This document shows positions 61,305 through 64,000 of a DNA stretch of 64,000 bases, in pieces (the stretch's first letter is position 1; each line of letters begins with the position of its first letter). The notes under the pieces are model-generated. The model saw only the letters and a program-made list of their open reading frames with translations, was not told the origin of the DNA and ran no database searches. Origin of the DNA: Octopus vulgaris. Taxonomy: Eukaryota. Made by a program: the position numbers and the translations under genes. The stretch spans positions 192,572,001 to 192,636,000 of the forward strand of contig OX597815.1 of assembly GCA_951406725.2 (NCBI GenBank). Reading direction: 5' to 3'.

Positions 61305-61447
61305 GTTTCTTCTTTCAATTCAGATAATACACATAAAATTACAGACCCAATCTTTGTTATCTGTGCCTATCCGTCCCTCTCTCTCTCTCTCAACCTTAAA
61401 CACACACACACACACACACACAAATATAAAGAGAACAGAGAAAGAGG

Positions 61448-61523
<76 letters not shown>

Positions 61524-61909
61524 ATCTATAGCTTCAAACTAAAAGACATGGCACGATCATTCTTAAAGAATTTGTTTTCAACTCTCATATCACAATATCA
61601 GATGGTCAAAGTATTTACTTTAGCCTTAAGCAACTTAATTATCAATAAAAGAAAGAAAGAAAAAAAAGAATTAAAAAGAATAAAGGAAAGAAGAGAAGGA
61701 GGAAAATAGTGATTATCGAATTAAGTATGAATGATAACCTTATGGAGTACAGTGTTGTTTTTAAGCTCATATTCACAACCCCCCCACTTCTTCGTAAAAT
61801 GCATATTCACATACACACACACACACACATATAAACGTGTGTGTTGTGTCTTATGGTCTGTGTGTGTATAAATGAGTGAAAGAGAGAGAGAAAGCATGTG
61901 GATGTTTGT

Positions 61910-62064
61910 TGTCATCATCATCATCATCGACATCATCAACATCATCATCATCATCATCGTCGTCATCATCATCACATCATCATCATCATCATCATCAACA
62001 TTATCATCATCATCCTCATCAACATCAGCACCACCACCACCGCCACCACCACCACCAACATCCC

Positions 62065-62102
<38 letters not shown>

Positions 62103-62107
62103 ACACC

Positions 62108-62141
<34 letters not shown>

Positions 62142-62248
62142 TCATTATCATCATCATCAACATCATCATCAACATCATAATCATTGTCGTCATAATCATC
62201 AACATCATCATCCTCCTCCTCCTCATCGTCGTCGTCGTAATCATTACC
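61910..62248. repeat. Expanded (CAT/CAC)n trinucleotide tract, tail of the adjacent family D element
   Basis: Abuts ttaatatccgttttcc...gcatgggttgg, the family D 3' end on the minus strand. Confidence 0.9.
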
Positions 62249-62963
62249 ATTTAATATCCGTTTTCCTCGCAGGCATGGGTTGGATGGATTGACAGGAGCT
62301 GGCAAGTCAGAAAATTGTGCCAAGCTTGACTGCCTGCTTCCAAATGGTTTCTATGGCTGGATGCCCTTACTAACACCAACCACTTTACAGACTGGTGTGT
62401 AAATATACAGCTAGAGACGGACCTACAAACAGACAGGCAAATGGATACTCTTTTACATGCTTCAGTCATTTGACTGCAGCCATACTGGAGCACCACCTAA
62501 GTCGAAGAAATCGATCCCAGGACTTATTCTTTGTAAGTCTAGTACTTATTCCATTGGTCTCTTTTGCTGAGCCACTAAGTTTTGGGGACATAAACACACC
62601 AATATCAGTTGTCAAGCGATGGTGGGGGGACAAACACAGACACAAAGACACACAGACATAAATACATTTACATATATATGTACACATGACGGGCTTCTTT
62701 CAGTTTCTGTCCATTAAATCCACTCACAAGGCTTAGGTCAGCCCAAGGCTATAGTAGGTGAATTATATATATATATATAGAGAGAGAGAGAGACTGAGAG
62801 AGAAGAGGATATAGAATTGGTTGAAGAGGAAGCCTTGGCAAGGCTGATCTTGGGAACTCGAACTTCATGGAGAAAATGATAAGGAACCAGGATGAATGGC
62901 AAGATGCAGTTTTTGAGAGGACCCATCCAAATCAGTGAAACTAACTTCTGGAAGCACAGTGTA

Positions 62964-63000
<37 letters not shown>

Positions 63001-63619
63001 GCAATCACCATGCTTGATTGCTAAATCTACAAATTTTTTTTCTTTCTTTCCGTTTATTTTCTCTTATTCCTTTCTGTTGAAGAAGAGCTTAGGCTCGAAA
63101 TGTAAAAGACTTTCCGACTTTCCCGAATATCAAATTAATATACCTGTTTGTTGTTCATACATCTGTCTTCGTCTTTTGTTTTTCTGCAAATTTCAACTAT
63201 ATATATATATATATATATATGTATACACACACACACATGTATGCATGTACATCATTCAATTTCCACCTCAGGACCCCACCACCATCCATTATCTCTCTAA
63301 TTGTAGCTTTTCCTTGATGCCATTAATTTTTCTCACTGTCTGGAACTTTTTTACTTGATATCCATCCTTCATCATTAACAATGTCATCTCTGCCCACATT
63401 TTTCATTGATCACCCCTCTGAGAAATATCAAATTATCTTTCCTTCTCCATCATGATATGATTCTTACTCTCCCCTTGTTCTATGCCTGCCTCTCTCTCTC
63501 GTGCACTCACTCTCTCTCATCCTTCCTCTGTCTGCTGTATCATCATTACTACTATGCTGCAGTTTACCCCCATGCATTGTTGGTCACCACCTACTCATGA
63601 TCGACCCGTCATTATGATT

Positions 63620-63830
63620 ACAGGAAAGTTCAACGCAAGGAAAGTTTACCAAGAAAATATACCGATAGTATCTCACTATTAATAGTTAAAAACTATTTTA
63701 TTGAACAAGAATTGTGAAATGATGACGTTGAACTTGCCCTGCAGTGAACTGATGATCGCAAACTTTCCAAGTGGTGAATTGATGACAGTGAACTTTCCTT
63801 GTGGTGAACTGATGATGGTGAACTTACTGG
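63620..63830. repeat. 30-bp tandem units with an inverted partner (MITE-like subterminal repeats)
   Basis: gatgacagtgaactttccttgtggtgaact-like unit x4 at 63721-63830; ggaaagttcaacgcaaggaaagttt at ~63623-63647 is reverse-complementary to it. Confidence 0.6.
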
Positions 63831-64000
63831 ACATGCTTCATTACATCCATCCTTAAGTCTTATTCAATCTCTTTAGCTCTTCCCTACCTCCCTTATTTTA
63901 TCAATCCTCCCCATTTAGTTTTCGTTCCTTATATTTACACCCTGTCACCCTTTTCCCATCTCTCTCACTCTCCCATACATTCCTGCAACCTCAACCAAGA

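Noticed and set aside
61721-62323. Poly-His/Asp/Ser/Ile ORFs of up to 200 aa
   Set aside because: Translations of a (CAT/CAC)n tract that is the tail of a family D element; open in several frames on both strands, with no splice support.

Overview
AT-rich, repeat-saturated eukaryotic DNA with very long (TA)n, (TAA)n, (CAT)n and (TCTA)n tracts and abundant tRNA-derived SINEs. This pattern most resembles an octopus (coleoid cephalopod) genome, which is an inference. Almost all ORFs in the track are microsatellite or SINE artefacts. The only convincing host gene is on the minus strand: three phase-compatible exons (55874-56034, 52277-52502, 44022-44152) encode the C-terminus of a protein with a NAC1/BEND7-like BEN domain, and the 5' exons lie beyond the right edge. 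Upstream are two candidate microexons and an alternative terminal exon that could give a BEN-less isoform; downstream is a ~7.6 kb SINE-poor probable 3'UTR. The remainder holds at least five SINE families (some with swapped tails), RTE and CR1 LINE 3' ends, mariner and maT transposase relics, MULE/hAT/Tc2-type MITEs, a non-autonomous Helitron and a Penelope GIY-YIG relic. Several Penelope-like elements sit in (TA)n, and about eight minimal hammerhead-ribozyme motifs are visible. SINE CpGs are mostly intact left of ~25.6 kb and mostly decayed to the right. All calls were made by eye without database searches.
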